Origin: an uncultured delta proteobacterium
Lineage (GTDB): Bacteria > Myxococcota_A > Polyangia > Haliangiales > Haliangiaceae
NCBI GenBank assembly: GCA_963848295.1
Contig: CAWKDB010000010.1
Coordinates: 704,001 to 768,000, forward strand
Direction of reading: 5' to 3'
DNA: 64,000 nucleotides
The stretch's first letter is position 1. Each line of letters opens with the position of its first letter. Below are positions 30,920-40,895 of the stretch, one piece after another. Position numbers and translations under genes: made by a program. The notes beneath the pieces are model-generated. The model searched no databases. It was not told the DNA's origin and saw nothing but the letters and a program-made list of their open reading frames with translations.

Positions 30920-31471
30920 TTACTTGGTCGAGCGGGCGCGTGCGCGACGCAGGGTCGATCCCGCCCCACTCGAGCTCAATCGCGCGAACCGCGCGGGCGC
31001 AGTGGGCCGGCGGACGCGGCGCGACAGGGCCGGCGGCGGCGGCGCGGCGCGATACGCGACGGCATCGCGGTTCTCACCGCGCAACACCAGGCGAACGCCG
31101 GCAAACGAACCGATCGAGCACACCTTGTTGTCGATCATGCCCGCGGCGAGCGCGATCCGACGCACGACGTCTTCGGTGACGTCGGTGCCGCGCTTGGACC
31201 GCTTCGGCCACGCGACCCAGAACCCGCCTTCGGGATGCAGCCGCGCCGCGATGTCGGCGAACCGGCGCTCGAGATCCGCGATGCGATCGACGAACAGCAC
31301 CACCACATCGACCGGCGGCAATCGCAGATCGTGCGCGATCCGGACGTCATCCTCGGCCGCGGACACGGCGAACCGGCGCGCGAACGCGACCGGCGCGTTC
31401 AGCAGGCAGACCTTGTTGCCTGCTTTGATCCCCAGCTTCTTGGGGAGTGGTGTTCCCGATGTGCCAGCCAT
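30920..31471 (-). CDS. DUF3052-like protein
   Basis: SGTPLPKKLGIK, FWVAWPK..TDVTEDVVR..GMIDNKVCSI. Confidence 0.8.
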   Translation of the reverse strand: MAGTSGTPLPKKLGIKAGNKVCLLNAPVAFARRFAVSAAEDDVRIAHDLRLPPVDVVVLFVDRIADLERRFADIAARLHPEGGFWVAWPKRSKRGTDVTEDVVRRIALAAGMIDNKVCSIGSFAGVRLVLRGENRDAVAYRAAPPPPALSRRVRRPTAPARFARLSSSGAGSTLRRARARSTK

Positions 31472-31707
31472 GTCCGATCGGGATAATGCAGCCGCCGCGT
31501 ACGAGGTCAAACAGGAAGCCCCGAACATCTCGTAAGTCTCGGTGGCGGTTAGGATCTTCTCCGATCTCTCCGCTCCCGCGCTTTGGTGATGATCGGTACG
31601 CTTTCGCGAGCGAATAGCGGGCATTCCGGCCGGTTGCAAAAAGTGGTGGTCGTGACCGGCCGTTTCCTTGACTTTGCAGTCCGAGTTCGTCACCAAGCGA
31701 TCACCAC

Positions 31708-32739
31708 GTGCCCAACGGTCTCCTGCTCGTCAACCTCGGCACGCCCGACGCGCCGACCACCGCCGCGGTCCGGCGCTACCTCGCGGAGTTTCTGTCCGAC
31801 CCGCGCGTGATCGACATCAACCCGGTGTTGCGCGCGCTGCTGCTCCACCTCGTCATCCTGCGCGTCCGCCCCGCGAAGAGCGCCCGCGCCTACCAGGCCG
31901 TGTGGGATGTCGAGCGCGGCTCGCCGTTGCTCTATCACTCGCGCGATCTGGCGGCCGCCGTCGCCGCCCGGCTCGGCGGGAGCTGGAAGGTCGAGCTCGC
32001 GATGCGCTACGGCTCGCCTTCGATCGGCGATGCCCTCGGCAAGCTCGGCGACGTCGATCGCATCGTCGCGCTCCCGCTGTTTCCGCAGTACGCCGACTCG
32101 TCGTACGAGACCGCGATGGTGCGGATCCGCGAGCTGGCTAGCAAAGCCGCGCTCGCCGCGCCGATTGATCCGGTCGCGCCGTTTTACGCCGATCCGAGTT
32201 TTCTCGACGCGTTCGCCAAGGTCGCCGCCCCTGCCCTCGCCGCCGCCCAGCCCGACCACGTGCTGATGTCGTTCCACGGCCTGCCCGAGCGCCATATCTT
32301 GCGCTGCGATCCGAGCGGCGCGCACTGCTTGAAGGCGGCCGACTGCTGCGACCTGGCCCAGCTCGCGAACCAACCGCCCACGTGCTACCGCGCGCAGTGC
32401 TTCTCGACCGCCCGCGCGCTCGCCGACCGGCTCGCGATCACCGAGTACACCGTGTGCTTCCAGTCGCGCTTGGGGCGCACGCCGTGGATCAAGCCGCACA
32501 CCGACGTGCTGCTCGATGCGCTCGCCGCTCGAGGCGTGAAGCGGCTCGCGGTGATGTGTCCCGCGTTCGTCGCGGATTGCCTCGAGACGCTCGAAGAGAT
32601 CGGCATCCGGGCCCGCGACCAGTTCCGCGCGGCCGGCGGCGACGAGCTCGTGCTCGTGCCGTCGCTCAACGCCTCGCCCGCGTGGGTCGACGCGGTGTGC
32701 GGCCTCGCTACGCGTCAGCTGGTATCGTCCGGCGCATGA
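31708..32739 (+). CDS. hemH: Ferrochelatase
   Basis: LLVNLGTPD, FLSDPRVID, LMSFHGLP, FQSRLG..W..P, FVADCLETLEEI. Confidence 0.97.
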   Translation: MPNGLLLVNLGTPDAPTTAAVRRYLAEFLSDPRVIDINPVLRALLLHLVILRVRPAKSARAYQAVWDVERGSPLLYHSRDLAAAVAARLGGSWKVELAMRYGSPSIGDALGKLGDVDRIVALPLFPQYADSSYETAMVRIRELASKAALAAPIDPVAPFYADPSFLDAFAKVAAPALAAAQPDHVLMSFHGLPERHILRCDPSGAHCLKAADCCDLAQLANQPPTCYRAQCFSTARALADRLAITEYTVCFQSRLGRTPWIKPHTDVLLDALAARGVKRLAVMCPAFVADCLETLEEIGIRARDQFRAAGGDELVLVPSLNASPAWVDAVCGLATRQLVSSGA

Positions 32740-33871
32740 CCGCGCTGCGCGACGTCTACGGAGATTTGCTCATCGTGAGGCCCCCTGTGCCCGCGACGTG
32801 CAACAAGGCGGGCGCGAACTATAAGAGCGAGGTCGCGCACCTCGAGTACTCGCCGCGCCGCGCCTACGACGAGTGGTTGTCGATCCTCGACGCGATCACC
32901 GCCTGCGGCGGCGACGCGATCTATCAGTTCGAACCGGCCGATGATCGGTACCTCGGGCACGCGGCGCTCGAGGTCGACGGCGATGGCGCGATTCGCCCAG
33001 CCGGCTCGCGCGAGGTGCTGGGCAACATGGCCGACGTCATGACCGGTCGGGTGTTCGCCGCGAACGGCCCGTGGGTCACGTGCGATGGCAAGACGCTCGC
33101 CGCGGTGATGCCGAACATGCTGGACCACCGCCGCCCGGAGGCCGCGTACTACCGCGCGCTGCTCGGCGAGCTCGCGAGCGCGGGCGGGCTCGCGCTCGAG
33201 GTCGCCGACAACCCGCACCGCTGGGAAGGCATGGCCGACGTCGCGGCGGTCGGCGATCGCGTCGTGCTGACCTACGCGGTGCCCGGCCACTACGACCGGG
33301 GCATCGAGCCGAAGAGCTCCCGGTCGTCGTACGACGGCGTCGCGTTCGCGGCCGATCGCGCCGGCGTCGCGGCGGACGCGCGGATCTACGCCGAGCTCGT
33401 CTATCCACACTTTCACGGCGACACCGTGCACTTCGGTGCGCGGCCGACCAACGGCCCGCCGGTGCTCGTTCATTACGCCGCGGGACTCTACGACGGTTAC
33501 GCGGAGCGAGTCGCCGCCGCGCTGCCGGATCGTCCCGATCGGACGCGACGATGCGGTCGAGCAATACGCCGGGAATTCGCGCCAGGTCCGAGCGGGCGTG
33601 CTCGTGCCCGACGGCGTATCGGCCGCGTTCGTCGGCGACGCTCGAACGGCTCGGGCTCGCGATCCATCGCGTGCCGTTGTTCGAGCTGTTCGGCAAGGCG
33701 GGTGGCGGCCCGGCGTGCGCGACGCTGTATCTGCCGCGGAGCCTCGACGTCCCGGCCAACCTCCCGGTCCGCTACTCCGCGAGCCGCGATCAGGTGCGAG
33801 CCCGTCGCGAGCGGATCCCCGCTGCGTTACGAGTCGATCGCGCGTTCTTCGCGGGCAAGCACCGCGGCTGA
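32736..33871 (+). CDS. Amidinotransferase/arginine-deiminase (pentein) superfamily-like protein; two apparent frameshifts near 33525 and 33635
   Basis: VFAANG, WEGMAD, HFHGDT, YAGNS, ELFGKAGGGPACATL spread over three frames; ATGA coupling to hemH. Confidence 0.6.
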
Positions 33872-34041
33872 GCCGGATCGTCGTCGGGAGTCGAGGCAAA
33901 CGCCGCGGCACGGTGCGACAGACCGGACGTCGCGGTGTAACGGGACGATCGCGGTACGCGATAAGTTGCCGCAAGAACTAGAAATCAGGTCAGCTAGCGG
34001 ATAAAAGCGAGCGAGCAACCCTCGCTACGACCGGAGATTCT

Positions 34042-35478
34042 ATGAATCGCGATCGCGCTTGTCTTAGCAGAACCACCCTTGTCGCCGCGCTCGTTGCAGG
34101 CGGCATCGCCGCGACGGCCACCGGGGCCCACGCCAACGTCGAGATCGGCGGAACCGCGGGTATTCACATCTTCAGCTCGGTCAACGAGCTGGGTGTGCCC
34201 GACGAGCCGGGCGCTCCGTCGGAGCGCGACTCGGCGTTGTTCGGCCTGCGCATCGGCTACATGTTCAACGACTCGCTGGGGATCGAAGGCGAGATCGGCC
34301 TCATCCCGACCGAGTCGACCTCGCTGGTGTTCGACGTGTGGGATCTCGCGTATCGCGCGCACCTCATCTACCAGTTCCGGGCCGCGGACCCGAGCAACCG
34401 GCTCATCCCATTTGTCCTCGGCGGCGGCGGTGCGATGTCGATCGTGTCGAGCGCGAACACCAACGTGCTCGCGAAAGACACCGATGCGGAGCTCTACGCC
34501 GGCATCGGCATCAAGTATCGCGTCGACAACGGCTGGGGTCTGCGCGTCGACGCGCGCCTGCTGTTCCCGCCGAGCTCGAAGAACGACTTCGTGACGACCG
34601 ACGGCGAGTTCCTGCTGTCGATCTATCGCGAATGGGGTCGCAAGGAAGCGGCCAAGCCGGTCGCGAAGGGTCCGTTGGATTCGGACGGCGACGGGATTCC
34701 GGACGACAAAGACAAGTGCCCGAAGGAGCCCGAGGACAAAGACGGCTTCCAGGACGAAGACGGTTGCCCGGACCCGGACAACGACGGCGACGGCATCCCG
34801 GACGCGAAGGACAAGTGCCCGAACGAGCCCGAGGACAAAGACGGCTTCCAGGACGAAGACGGCTGCCCCGATCCCGATAACGACGGTGACGGCATCCCCG
34901 ACGCCGCGGACAAGTGCCCGAACGAGCCCGAGGACAAGGACGGCTTCCAAGACGAAGACGGCTGCCCGGACCCGGACAACGATGGCGACGGCATCCCGGA
35001 TACCCAGGACAAGTGCCCGAACGAGCCGGAGACCAAGAACGGCTATCAGGACGAGGACGGCTGCCCGGACGAGATTCCGCAGAAGCTGAAGCAGTTCACC
35101 GGCGTCATCCAGGGCATCAACTTCGCGTTGGGCTCGGACCAGATCCTCGCGTCGTCGAATCGGCTGCTCAACAAGGCCGTCGATGTGCTCAAGGAGTTCA
35201 AGGACCTCAAGCTCGAGATCCAGGGCCACACCGACGACCAGCCGATCGGCAAGGGCGGCAAGTTCGCTGACAACGCGGCGCTGTCGCAAGCGCGCGCCGA
35301 GTCGGTCAAGAAGTACTTCGTCGCCAAAGGCATCGACGAGAACCGACTGATCGCGAAGGGCATGGGCGACACCGTCCCGCTCGAGGATCCGAAGGGCCTG
35401 ACCGGCGCCAAGCTCAACGCAGCGCGGACCAAGAACCGGCGCGTCGAGTTCCGGCTGATCGGCGGCACGACGAAGTAA
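34042..35478 (+). CDS. OmpA family protein: beta-barrel, thrombospondin type-3 repeats, OmpA peptidoglycan-binding domain
   Basis: DxDGDGIPDxxDKCPxEPED repeats; IQGHTD, LSQARAESV, NRRVEF. Confidence 0.95.
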   Translation: MNRDRACLSRTTLVAALVAGGIAATATGAHANVEIGGTAGIHIFSSVNELGVPDEPGAPSERDSALFGLRIGYMFNDSLGIEGEIGLIPTESTSLVFDVWDLAYRAHLIYQFRAADPSNRLIPFVLGGGGAMSIVSSANTNVLAKDTDAELYAGIGIKYRVDNGWGLRVDARLLFPPSSKNDFVTTDGEFLLSIYREWGRKEAAKPVAKGPLDSDGDGIPDDKDKCPKEPEDKDGFQDEDGCPDPDNDGDGIPDAKDKCPNEPEDKDGFQDEDGCPDPDNDGDGIPDAADKCPNEPEDKDGFQDEDGCPDPDNDGDGIPDTQDKCPNEPETKNGYQDEDGCPDEIPQKLKQFTGVIQGINFALGSDQILASSNRLLNKAVDVLKEFKDLKLEIQGHTDDQPIGKGGKFADNAALSQARAESVKKYFVAKGIDENRLIAKGMGDTVPLEDPKGLTGAKLNAARTKNRRVEFRLIGGTTK

Positions 35479-35497
35479 TTCGCCTCGCTGTGACGGC

Positions 35498-35528
35498 AAA
35501 GGCCCTCTTCCGGAGGGCCTTTTGTTTT
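35498..35528 (+). terminator. Rho-independent terminator
   Basis: AAAGGCCCTC-TTCCG-GAGGGCCTTT followed by TGTTTT. Confidence 0.85.
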
Positions 35529-35532
35529 CGGG

Positions 35533-35569
35533 ATCAGAGATCGAGATCTCTGATTTCTGATTTCTGATT
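35533..35569. repeat. Palindrome plus three TCTGATT heptamers
   Basis: ATCAGAGATC-GA-GATCTCTGAT overlapping (TCTGATT)x3. Confidence 0.75.
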
Positions 35570-35587
35570 TCCGCGCTATCAGAAGCG

Positions 35588-35845
35588 GTGCTCGCTCCCG
35601 ACCTTCTAGCCGTCTTGGTCTGCCCGACATCCAAGGCGCCGCTCATCTACTTTCCACGCGGCGCCCACGACCAGAGCGAGGCCGATGGCTTCTTGGTCTG
35701 CGCGACGTCCCGGCTGCGCTATCGCATCGATGACGGCGTCCCCGTCCTGATCGCGGAAGAGGCTGAATTACTAGGCGTGGACGAGTGTAGCCGGCTCATC
35801 CGGCGCGCTCACGAGCTCGGCTTGACTGTGCCGCCGGGCCCGTGA
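35588..35845 (+). CDS. Trm112/YcaR family protein
   Basis: LLAVLVCP.SK.PL...LVC....RYRIDDGVPVLI. Confidence 0.88.
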   Translation: MLAPDLLAVLVCPTSKAPLIYFPRGAHDQSEADGFLVCATSRLRYRIDDGVPVLIAEEAELLGVDECSRLIRRAHELGLTVPPGP

Positions 35846-35935
35846 ACGGGGCCTCTCGCTCTAAGGACTCGGCCGTCCTCGGTTCGCCGGACGGCCGATC
35901 GATCTGGTGAGCTCGGGGCGAACGGTCGTAAACCA

Positions 35936-35964
35936 TTGACGCCAGCCGCCATCGGCGGTAGATC
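35936..35964 (+). promoter_or_regulatory. Possible sigma70 promoter for prs
   Basis: TTGACG-17 nt-TAGATC; the -10 match is weak. Confidence 0.3.
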
Positions 35965-35990
35965 GCCGGTTCCTTACGGGAACTTCCGCC

Positions 35991-36938
35991 GTGCTGAAGT
36001 CGCTGTCTATCTTCACGGGCAACGCGAATCGCGCACTGGCAGACGAGATCTGCAAGTTCGTGGAGATTCCGCTCGGCCGCGCGGACGTCACGCACTTCTC
36101 GGATGGCGAGATCTATGTCGAGGTCGCGGAGAATGTCCGCGGCGTCAACTGCTTCGTCGTCCAGCCGACCTGCTCGCCGCCGAATCAGGCGCTGATGGAG
36201 CTGCTGATCATGACCGACGCGTTGAAGCGCGCGTCGGCCGGCTCGATCGTCGCGATCGTGCCGTATTTCGGTTACGCGCGGCAGGATCGCAAAGCGAAGC
36301 CGCGGACCCCGATCACCGCGAAGCTGGTCGCAAATCTGATCACCGCCGCCGGCGCCGATCGCGCGCTCGCGATGGATCTCCACGCCGGCCAGATCCAAGG
36401 CTTCTTCGACATCCCGTTCGACCACTTGTTCGCGATGCCGGTGCTGATCGAAGAGCTACGCACGCTCGGCTTCGGCGGCGACGGCTGCGTGATCGTCTCG
36501 CCCGATGCCGGCGGCGTCGAGCGCGCCCGCGCGTTCTCGAAGCGGCTCGGGGCGAGCCTCGCGATCATCGACAAGCGGCGTCCCGCGCCGAACGTGTCCG
36601 AGGTGATGAACATCGTCGGCGACGTCCGGGGCAAGAAGGCGGTCATCGTCGACGACATCATCGACACCGCCGGCACGCTGACCCACGCCGCGGTCGCGAT
36701 CATGAACGCCGGCGCGCAGAGCGTCTCGGCGTGCTCGAGCCACCCAGTGTTCTCGGGCAATGCGGTGCAGCGCATCACCGATTCTCCGCTCCAGCACGTG
36801 ATCGTGACGAACACGATCCCGTTGACTGAAGCGGGTCAGCAGTGTTCGAAGGTCCGGGTCAAGAGCGTCGGGCGGTTGCTCGGCGAAGCGATCAAGCGAA
36901 TCCATCACGGGGATTCGATCAGCAGCCTGTTCGTCTAG
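35991..36938 (+). CDS. prs: Ribose-phosphate pyrophosphokinase
   Basis: [48 protein letters not shown]. Confidence 0.98.
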   Translation: MLKSLSIFTGNANRALADEICKFVEIPLGRADVTHFSDGEIYVEVAENVRGVNCFVVQPTCSPPNQALMELLIMTDALKRASAGSIVAIVPYFGYARQDRKAKPRTPITAKLVANLITAAGADRALAMDLHAGQIQGFFDIPFDHLFAMPVLIEELRTLGFGGDGCVIVSPDAGGVERARAFSKRLGASLAIIDKRRPAPNVSEVMNIVGDVRGKKAVIVDDIIDTAGTLTHAAVAIMNAGAQSVSACSSHPVFSGNAVQRITDSPLQHVIVTNTIPLTEAGQQCSKVRVKSVGRLLGEAIKRIHHGDSISSLFV

Positions 36939-36947
36939 GAGAACGTC

Positions 36948-37718
36948 ATGGAAGTCGGAAAGCTCACGGTCACGATTCGCGATAAGGGCGGTAAGAGCGT
37001 TGCGCGCAACCTACGCGCGGCAGGCAAGATCCCCGGGGTTTGCTACGGCGCGTCGCCGGCCGGCAAGGTCGAGCCGATGCCGATCACGCTCGAGCTCAAG
37101 GCGCTGCGCGCCGCGCTCGATCCGATTCGCAAGCAGAACACCGTCATCGACTTGACGATCGAGGGCAACGGCAAGACGCAACAGCTGCACGCGCTGGTCA
37201 AGGAGTACCAGACCGACCTGATCCGGCGCGACATCACGCACGTCGACCTGCTCGCGATCGATCCGGACAAGATCGTCAACGCGAGCGTGCCGTTCGAGTT
37301 CACCGGCAAGCCGAAGGGCGCGATCGACGGCGGCCAGATCCGCATCGTGATGCGCTCGCTCGAGGTTCGCGCGAAGCCGAATGACATCCCGGTCAAGCTC
37401 GTGATCGACGTCTCGCCGCTCGAGATCGGCGACGTGATCCACGTGTCCGCGGTCGCGTTGCCGAACGGCGTCATCAGCACCACCGGCCGCGATCTCGCGG
37501 TCGTGACCTGTGCGAAGCCGGAAGAAGAGAAGATCGAAGTCGCTGCGGCTCCGGTCGATGGCGCGGCTCCGGCGGCGGGTGCTCCGGCGGCAGGCGCGGC
37601 GGGCGCTCCCGCGGCGGGTGCGGCGGCTCCAGCGGCGGGCGCGAAAGACGCCAAGGCTCCGGCGGCGGGCGCGAAAGACGCCAAGGCCCCGGCGGCCGCG
37701 GCTCCGAAGAAGAAGTAA
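36948..37718 (+). CDS. rplY: 50S ribosomal protein L25/Ctc
   Basis: GKSVARNLRAAGKIPGVCYG, HVDL, Ala/Pro-rich tail; prs-ctc-pth synteny. Confidence 0.95.
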   Translation: MEVGKLTVTIRDKGGKSVARNLRAAGKIPGVCYGASPAGKVEPMPITLELKALRAALDPIRKQNTVIDLTIEGNGKTQQLHALVKEYQTDLIRRDITHVDLLAIDPDKIVNASVPFEFTGKPKGAIDGGQIRIVMRSLEVRAKPNDIPVKLVIDVSPLEIGDVIHVSAVALPNGVISTTGRDLAVVTCAKPEEEKIEVAAAPVDGAAPAAGAPAAGAAGAPAAGAAAPAAGAKDAKAPAAGAKDAKAPAAAAPKKK

Positions 37719-37726
37719 AGGTGTCC

Positions 37727-37765
37727 GATCGTGCACGTGCACGTGGCACGTCCACGTGCACGCGT
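37727..37765. repeat. CACGTG-rich palindromic element
   Basis: GATCGTGCACGTGCACGTGGCACGTCCACGTGCACGCGT between rplY and pth. Confidence 0.7.
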
Positions 37766-37782
37766 AGCGAGCGAGACTGCTC

Positions 37783-38382
37783 GTGACGTGGCTCGTCGTC
37801 GGCCTCGGGAATCCGGGCGCCAAGTACGAGCGCAATCGTCACAACATCGGCTTCCACGTCGTCGACGAGCTCGCCCGCAAGGGCGGGTTCCCGGCGTGGA
37901 AGTCCGGCAAGCTCGGCGGCGACACGACGTCCGGCTCGCTCGCCGGTACGCGCGCCGTGCTGGTCAAGCCCATGGAGTTCATGAACCTCTCGGGGTTCGC
38001 GACCCAGCGCGCCGCGCAGTTCCACTCGATCGAGCTCGCGCACATCGTCGTGGTTCACGACGAGCTCGATCTCGACTTCGGCATCGTCCGACTCAAGCAG
38101 GGCGGCGGCCACGGCGGCCACAACGGGCTGCGCTCGATCATCGAGCAGCTCGGCTCACCCGAGTTCCTGCGCGTGCGCATGGGCATCGGCCGGGACCCGC
38201 ACAAGCCGCCCGGCAGCAAAGACGCGGCCAGCTGGGTGCTGTCTGACTTTCCCGCAAGCCAAGCCAAGGCGTTGTCCGCCGTGATCTCGGCGGGTTGCGA
38301 CGGGGTCGAGGCCATCTTGGCCGACGGCATGACCAAGGCGATGAATCGCCAGAACGCTAGGCCCAATCTGGCGACGCCGTGA
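37783..38382 (+). CDS. pth: Peptidyl-tRNA hydrolase
   Basis: LVVGLGNPG..Y..NRHNIGF, FMNLSG, HDELD, GGHNGLRSI. Confidence 0.98.
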   Translation: MTWLVVGLGNPGAKYERNRHNIGFHVVDELARKGGFPAWKSGKLGGDTTSGSLAGTRAVLVKPMEFMNLSGFATQRAAQFHSIELAHIVVVHDELDLDFGIVRLKQGGGHGGHNGLRSIIEQLGSPEFLRVRMGIGRDPHKPPGSKDAASWVLSDFPASQAKALSAVISAGCDGVEAILADGMTKAMNRQNARPNLATP

Positions 38383-38393
38383 TATACGAAGCG

Positions 38394-38437
38394 CCCCTCG
38401 CTCGCCCCTGCCAAGGACGGGCTTAACACCCACGAGG
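38394..38437 (+). promoter_or_regulatory. Candidate S6:S18 autoregulatory leader
   Basis: CCTCG can pair with the SD-containing CGAGG and encloses a GCCC/GGGC stem, an architecture like known rpsF leaders. Confidence 0.4.
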
Positions 38438-38443
38438 AACACC

Positions 38444-38992
38444 ATGGCTCGACTGCAGTCACTCCGAGATACGCCGAACACTTCCCGCGAATACGAGACG
38501 ATCTACATCCTGCGCCCGAACACGCCGAACGAAGGCGTCGCCGAGGTCAACACCCGCATCAAGGGCGTGATCGAAGGCATGGGCGGCAAGATCATCAAGG
38601 TCGACAACTGGGGCAAGCGCCGCCTCGCGTACGAAGTCGCGAAGGAGCGCAAAGGCATCTACCTGTACTGGCAGTACCTCGCGCAGCCGGGCGTGGTCGA
38701 AGAGACCGAGCGCAACCTCAAGATGCTCGACAACGTCATCCGGTTCTTGACGATCAAGGTCGACGAGAACGTCGATGTCGCGGCGCGGCCGATCGAGATC
38801 GACGAGACGTCGTTCGACAAGGCAGCGCAGACCGCAGCCGATGAAGAGGACCTGTTCCTGTCCCGCGGCGGCGACGAGTCGTCGAGCGATGACGACGATG
38901 ACGATGACGACGACTACAGCAACTTCCACCACGAGGAGCCGGCGGCAGAGAAGTCTGCGACCGACCTCCCGGTGACCACGGAGAAGGAGTAA
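38444..38992 (+). CDS. rpsF: 30S ribosomal protein S6 (long acidic tail)
   Basis: REYETIYILRP, WGKRRLAYEV. Confidence 0.97.
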   Translation: MARLQSLRDTPNTSREYETIYILRPNTPNEGVAEVNTRIKGVIEGMGGKIIKVDNWGKRRLAYEVAKERKGIYLYWQYLAQPGVVEETERNLKMLDNVIRFLTIKVDENVDVAARPIEIDETSFDKAAQTAADEEDLFLSRGGDESSSDDDDDDDDDYSNFHHEEPAAEKSATDLPVTTEKE

Positions 38993-38995
38993 GCG

Positions 38996-39286
38996 ATGTC
39001 GACCCGCATGGATGCAGGCGATGATGGTCTCGATCGCGATGGCGACGACCGGCGCGGCGGCAAAGGCGCGCGCGGCGCGACTCGGCGCAAGCTGCTGTCG
39101 GACGAGGTCTTCCAGAAGATCGACTACAAGAACCCGCAGATCTTGCGCTCGTTCGTGACCGATCGCGGCAAGATGATTCCGCGCCGGATCAGCGGCGCCT
39201 CGGCGCGCCAGCAGCGCACGATCTCGACGGCCCTGCGCCGCGCGCGCATGCTCGCGTTGCTGCCGTTCTCGGTGACCGGAGACTAG
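38996..39286 (+). CDS. rpsR: 30S ribosomal protein S18 (Cys-free form)
   Basis: IDYKN..L..FVTDRGKMIPRRISG...RARMLALLPF. Confidence 0.96.
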   Translation: MSTRMDAGDDGLDRDGDDRRGGKGARGATRRKLLSDEVFQKIDYKNPQILRSFVTDRGKMIPRRISGASARQQRTISTALRRARMLALLPFSVTGD

Positions 39287-39288
39287 TC

Positions 39289-39744
39289 ATGGCGATGCAG
39301 ATCATTCTCACGCAAGACGTCGATAACCTCGGCAAGGCCGGCGAGCTCGTCTCGGTCCGCCCCGGTTACGGTCGCAACTACCTCGTGCCCCGCGGCTTCG
39401 CGGTCTCGGCGACGGTGCGCAACAAGAACCGCCTCGACCACGAGAAGGCGCTGATCGAGCGCAAGGTCGCCAAGGAGCGCGCGAGCGCCACCGAGATCGC
39501 GACTCGGATCAACGGCATGACGCTGCAGTTCGAGCGCGTGGTCGGCGAAGACGAGAAGCTGTTCGGCTCGGTGACCAGCCGCGACATCGCGGATCAGCTG
39601 AAGCGCGCGAATGTCGACATCGACCATCGCCTGATCCAGCTCGATCATCCGGTGAAGGCGCTCGGCAAGTACGAGGTCGGCGTCCGGCTCGCCGCGGGCG
39701 TCATCGCGAACCTCAAGTACTGGGTCGTAGGTAAAGACAAGTAG
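39289..39744 (+). CDS. rplI: 50S ribosomal protein L9
   Basis: IILTQDVDNLGKAGELVSVRPGYGRNYLVP, KLFGSVT. Confidence 0.98.
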   Translation: MAMQIILTQDVDNLGKAGELVSVRPGYGRNYLVPRGFAVSATVRNKNRLDHEKALIERKVAKERASATEIATRINGMTLQFERVVGEDEKLFGSVTSRDIADQLKRANVDIDHRLIQLDHPVKALGKYEVGVRLAAGVIANLKYWVVGKDK

Positions 39745-39818
39745 GCCCTCCGGCCGGGCCGCCTCCCGGGCCCCATCTCGCCGACTCGCAATGGTCCCGG
39801 CGCACGACGCGCACTCTT

Positions 39819-39862
39819 GATCGTGCACGTCGACGTGTCACGTGCACGTTCACGTCCACGAT
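39819..39862. repeat. CACGTG-rich palindromic element
   Basis: GATCGTGCACGTCGACGTGTCACGTGCACGTTCACGTCCACGAT. Confidence 0.7.
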
Positions 39863-39885
39863 TGCTCGAGCCGCGCTCGCGCGAA

Positions 39886-40093
39886 CGCTGAGCGCGGCTG
39901 CCTTGCGAGGGCGCCACGGACCCGCTCGTGCGACGGCGCTGGCCGTGGAGGTTCCGGCGTCTTCGCGGGCCGACGCCGCTGCGCGGCGATCGCGCTGGCG
40001 CGCGAGTAGGTGTTTGACAAAGATCTTCGCGTCTCATCGCGCGCCTGCACTCGCTCTCCGTGGCATCCCTCGCGGCGACGCCGCGCTCAGCGA
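39886..40093 (+). repeat. ~205-bp self-folding element, copy B1 (left arm of inverted pair)
   Basis: Reverse-complement match to 40896-41100; its own ends pair (CGCTGAGCGCGGC...GCCGCGCTCAGCG). Confidence 0.85.
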
Positions 40094-40133
40094 CGAGATC
40101 GCGAACCGTGCGCGTGCTCGTGCTCTGTCAGAC

Positions 40134-40829
40134 CTACGGGCTTGCCGGTGATGTGCTTGCTGCAAGGCAGCGCGCGATCGCCGCGTCGTGCGCGAACACG
40201 GTGTCATGAAACCCCGCGTCGGTATCGCGGACCTGGGAGTCGAGCTCGTTGACCGTTGCGCAATCGCCGTTGCGTGCGGCCTCGGCGGCGATCTTCGTGA
40301 GACTCGCCGCCCGTTCTTGCGCGCGCAGACGACCCAGCTCGCGTTGCTCGATCTGCTGTTTCTGTTCGCGAAGCTGGCGTATCGCCTCGGCGGCTATTCG
40401 TTCAGCGCGCTTCGCGTTGCGGCACTGGTGGACGTTGTACGCACCGCAGATCGCCGACGCGATGTAGACCGCGTCGCTCACGAGAAACGCCACCGAGACC
40501 TCGTAGGCGAAATCAAACGTCCCGGTTTCCGATCGTGCCTTCGCGCCAGCGTCCAGTAGCTCTCCGGAATAGAGCGACGCGACGCCAGCACCGACCGCGT
40601 CGATCGCAACCAACGCATAGTCGTCCCTACAGCTGATCGAGCCCCCGTCGACCGCAGAACGACTCGGCGGTCCGCGGACGCCGATGAACGAACACGCGCA
40701 GAGGCACAGCGACACGAACGCGAGGCTGCTATTCGCCACTGAGCCGGACCGCCTCGATGTCGCGAGCCAACGTTTCACGTCCTGTTCGCGCCTCCCCAGC
40801 TTGTTAGCGTAGCGCGCCAGTCGCTGCAC
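40134..40829 (-). CDS. Hypothetical membrane lipoprotein (start uncertain, possibly near 40745)
   Basis: LCLCACSFIG lipobox-like segment, hydrophobic helices, C-terminal AAR.GDC..V...D..FHD.VF..DAAIARCL; weaker GC3 bias than its neighbours. Confidence 0.65.
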   Translation of the reverse strand: MQRLARYANKLGRREQDVKRWLATSRRSGSVANSSLAFVSLCLCACSFIGVRGPPSRSAVDGGSISCRDDYALVAIDAVGAGVASLYSGELLDAGAKARSETGTFDFAYEVSVAFLVSDAVYIASAICGAYNVHQCRNAKRAERIAAEAIRQLREQKQQIEQRELGRLRAQERAASLTKIAAEAARNGDCATVNELDSQVRDTDAGFHDTVFAHDAAIARCLAASTSPASP

Positions 40830-40895
40830 CGACGTGACCCACGCGACATCGCCGTACCACTCGCCGTACCACTCGCCTTACCGCTCGCGGTCACA

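Noticed and set aside
34678..35070. ~99-bp tandem repeats
   Set aside because: Coding TSP3 calcium-binding repeats of OmpA, a known architecture.
35846..35990. tRNA-Gln often found upstream of prs
   Set aside because: No cloverleaf or T-loop consensus; only a short hairpin.
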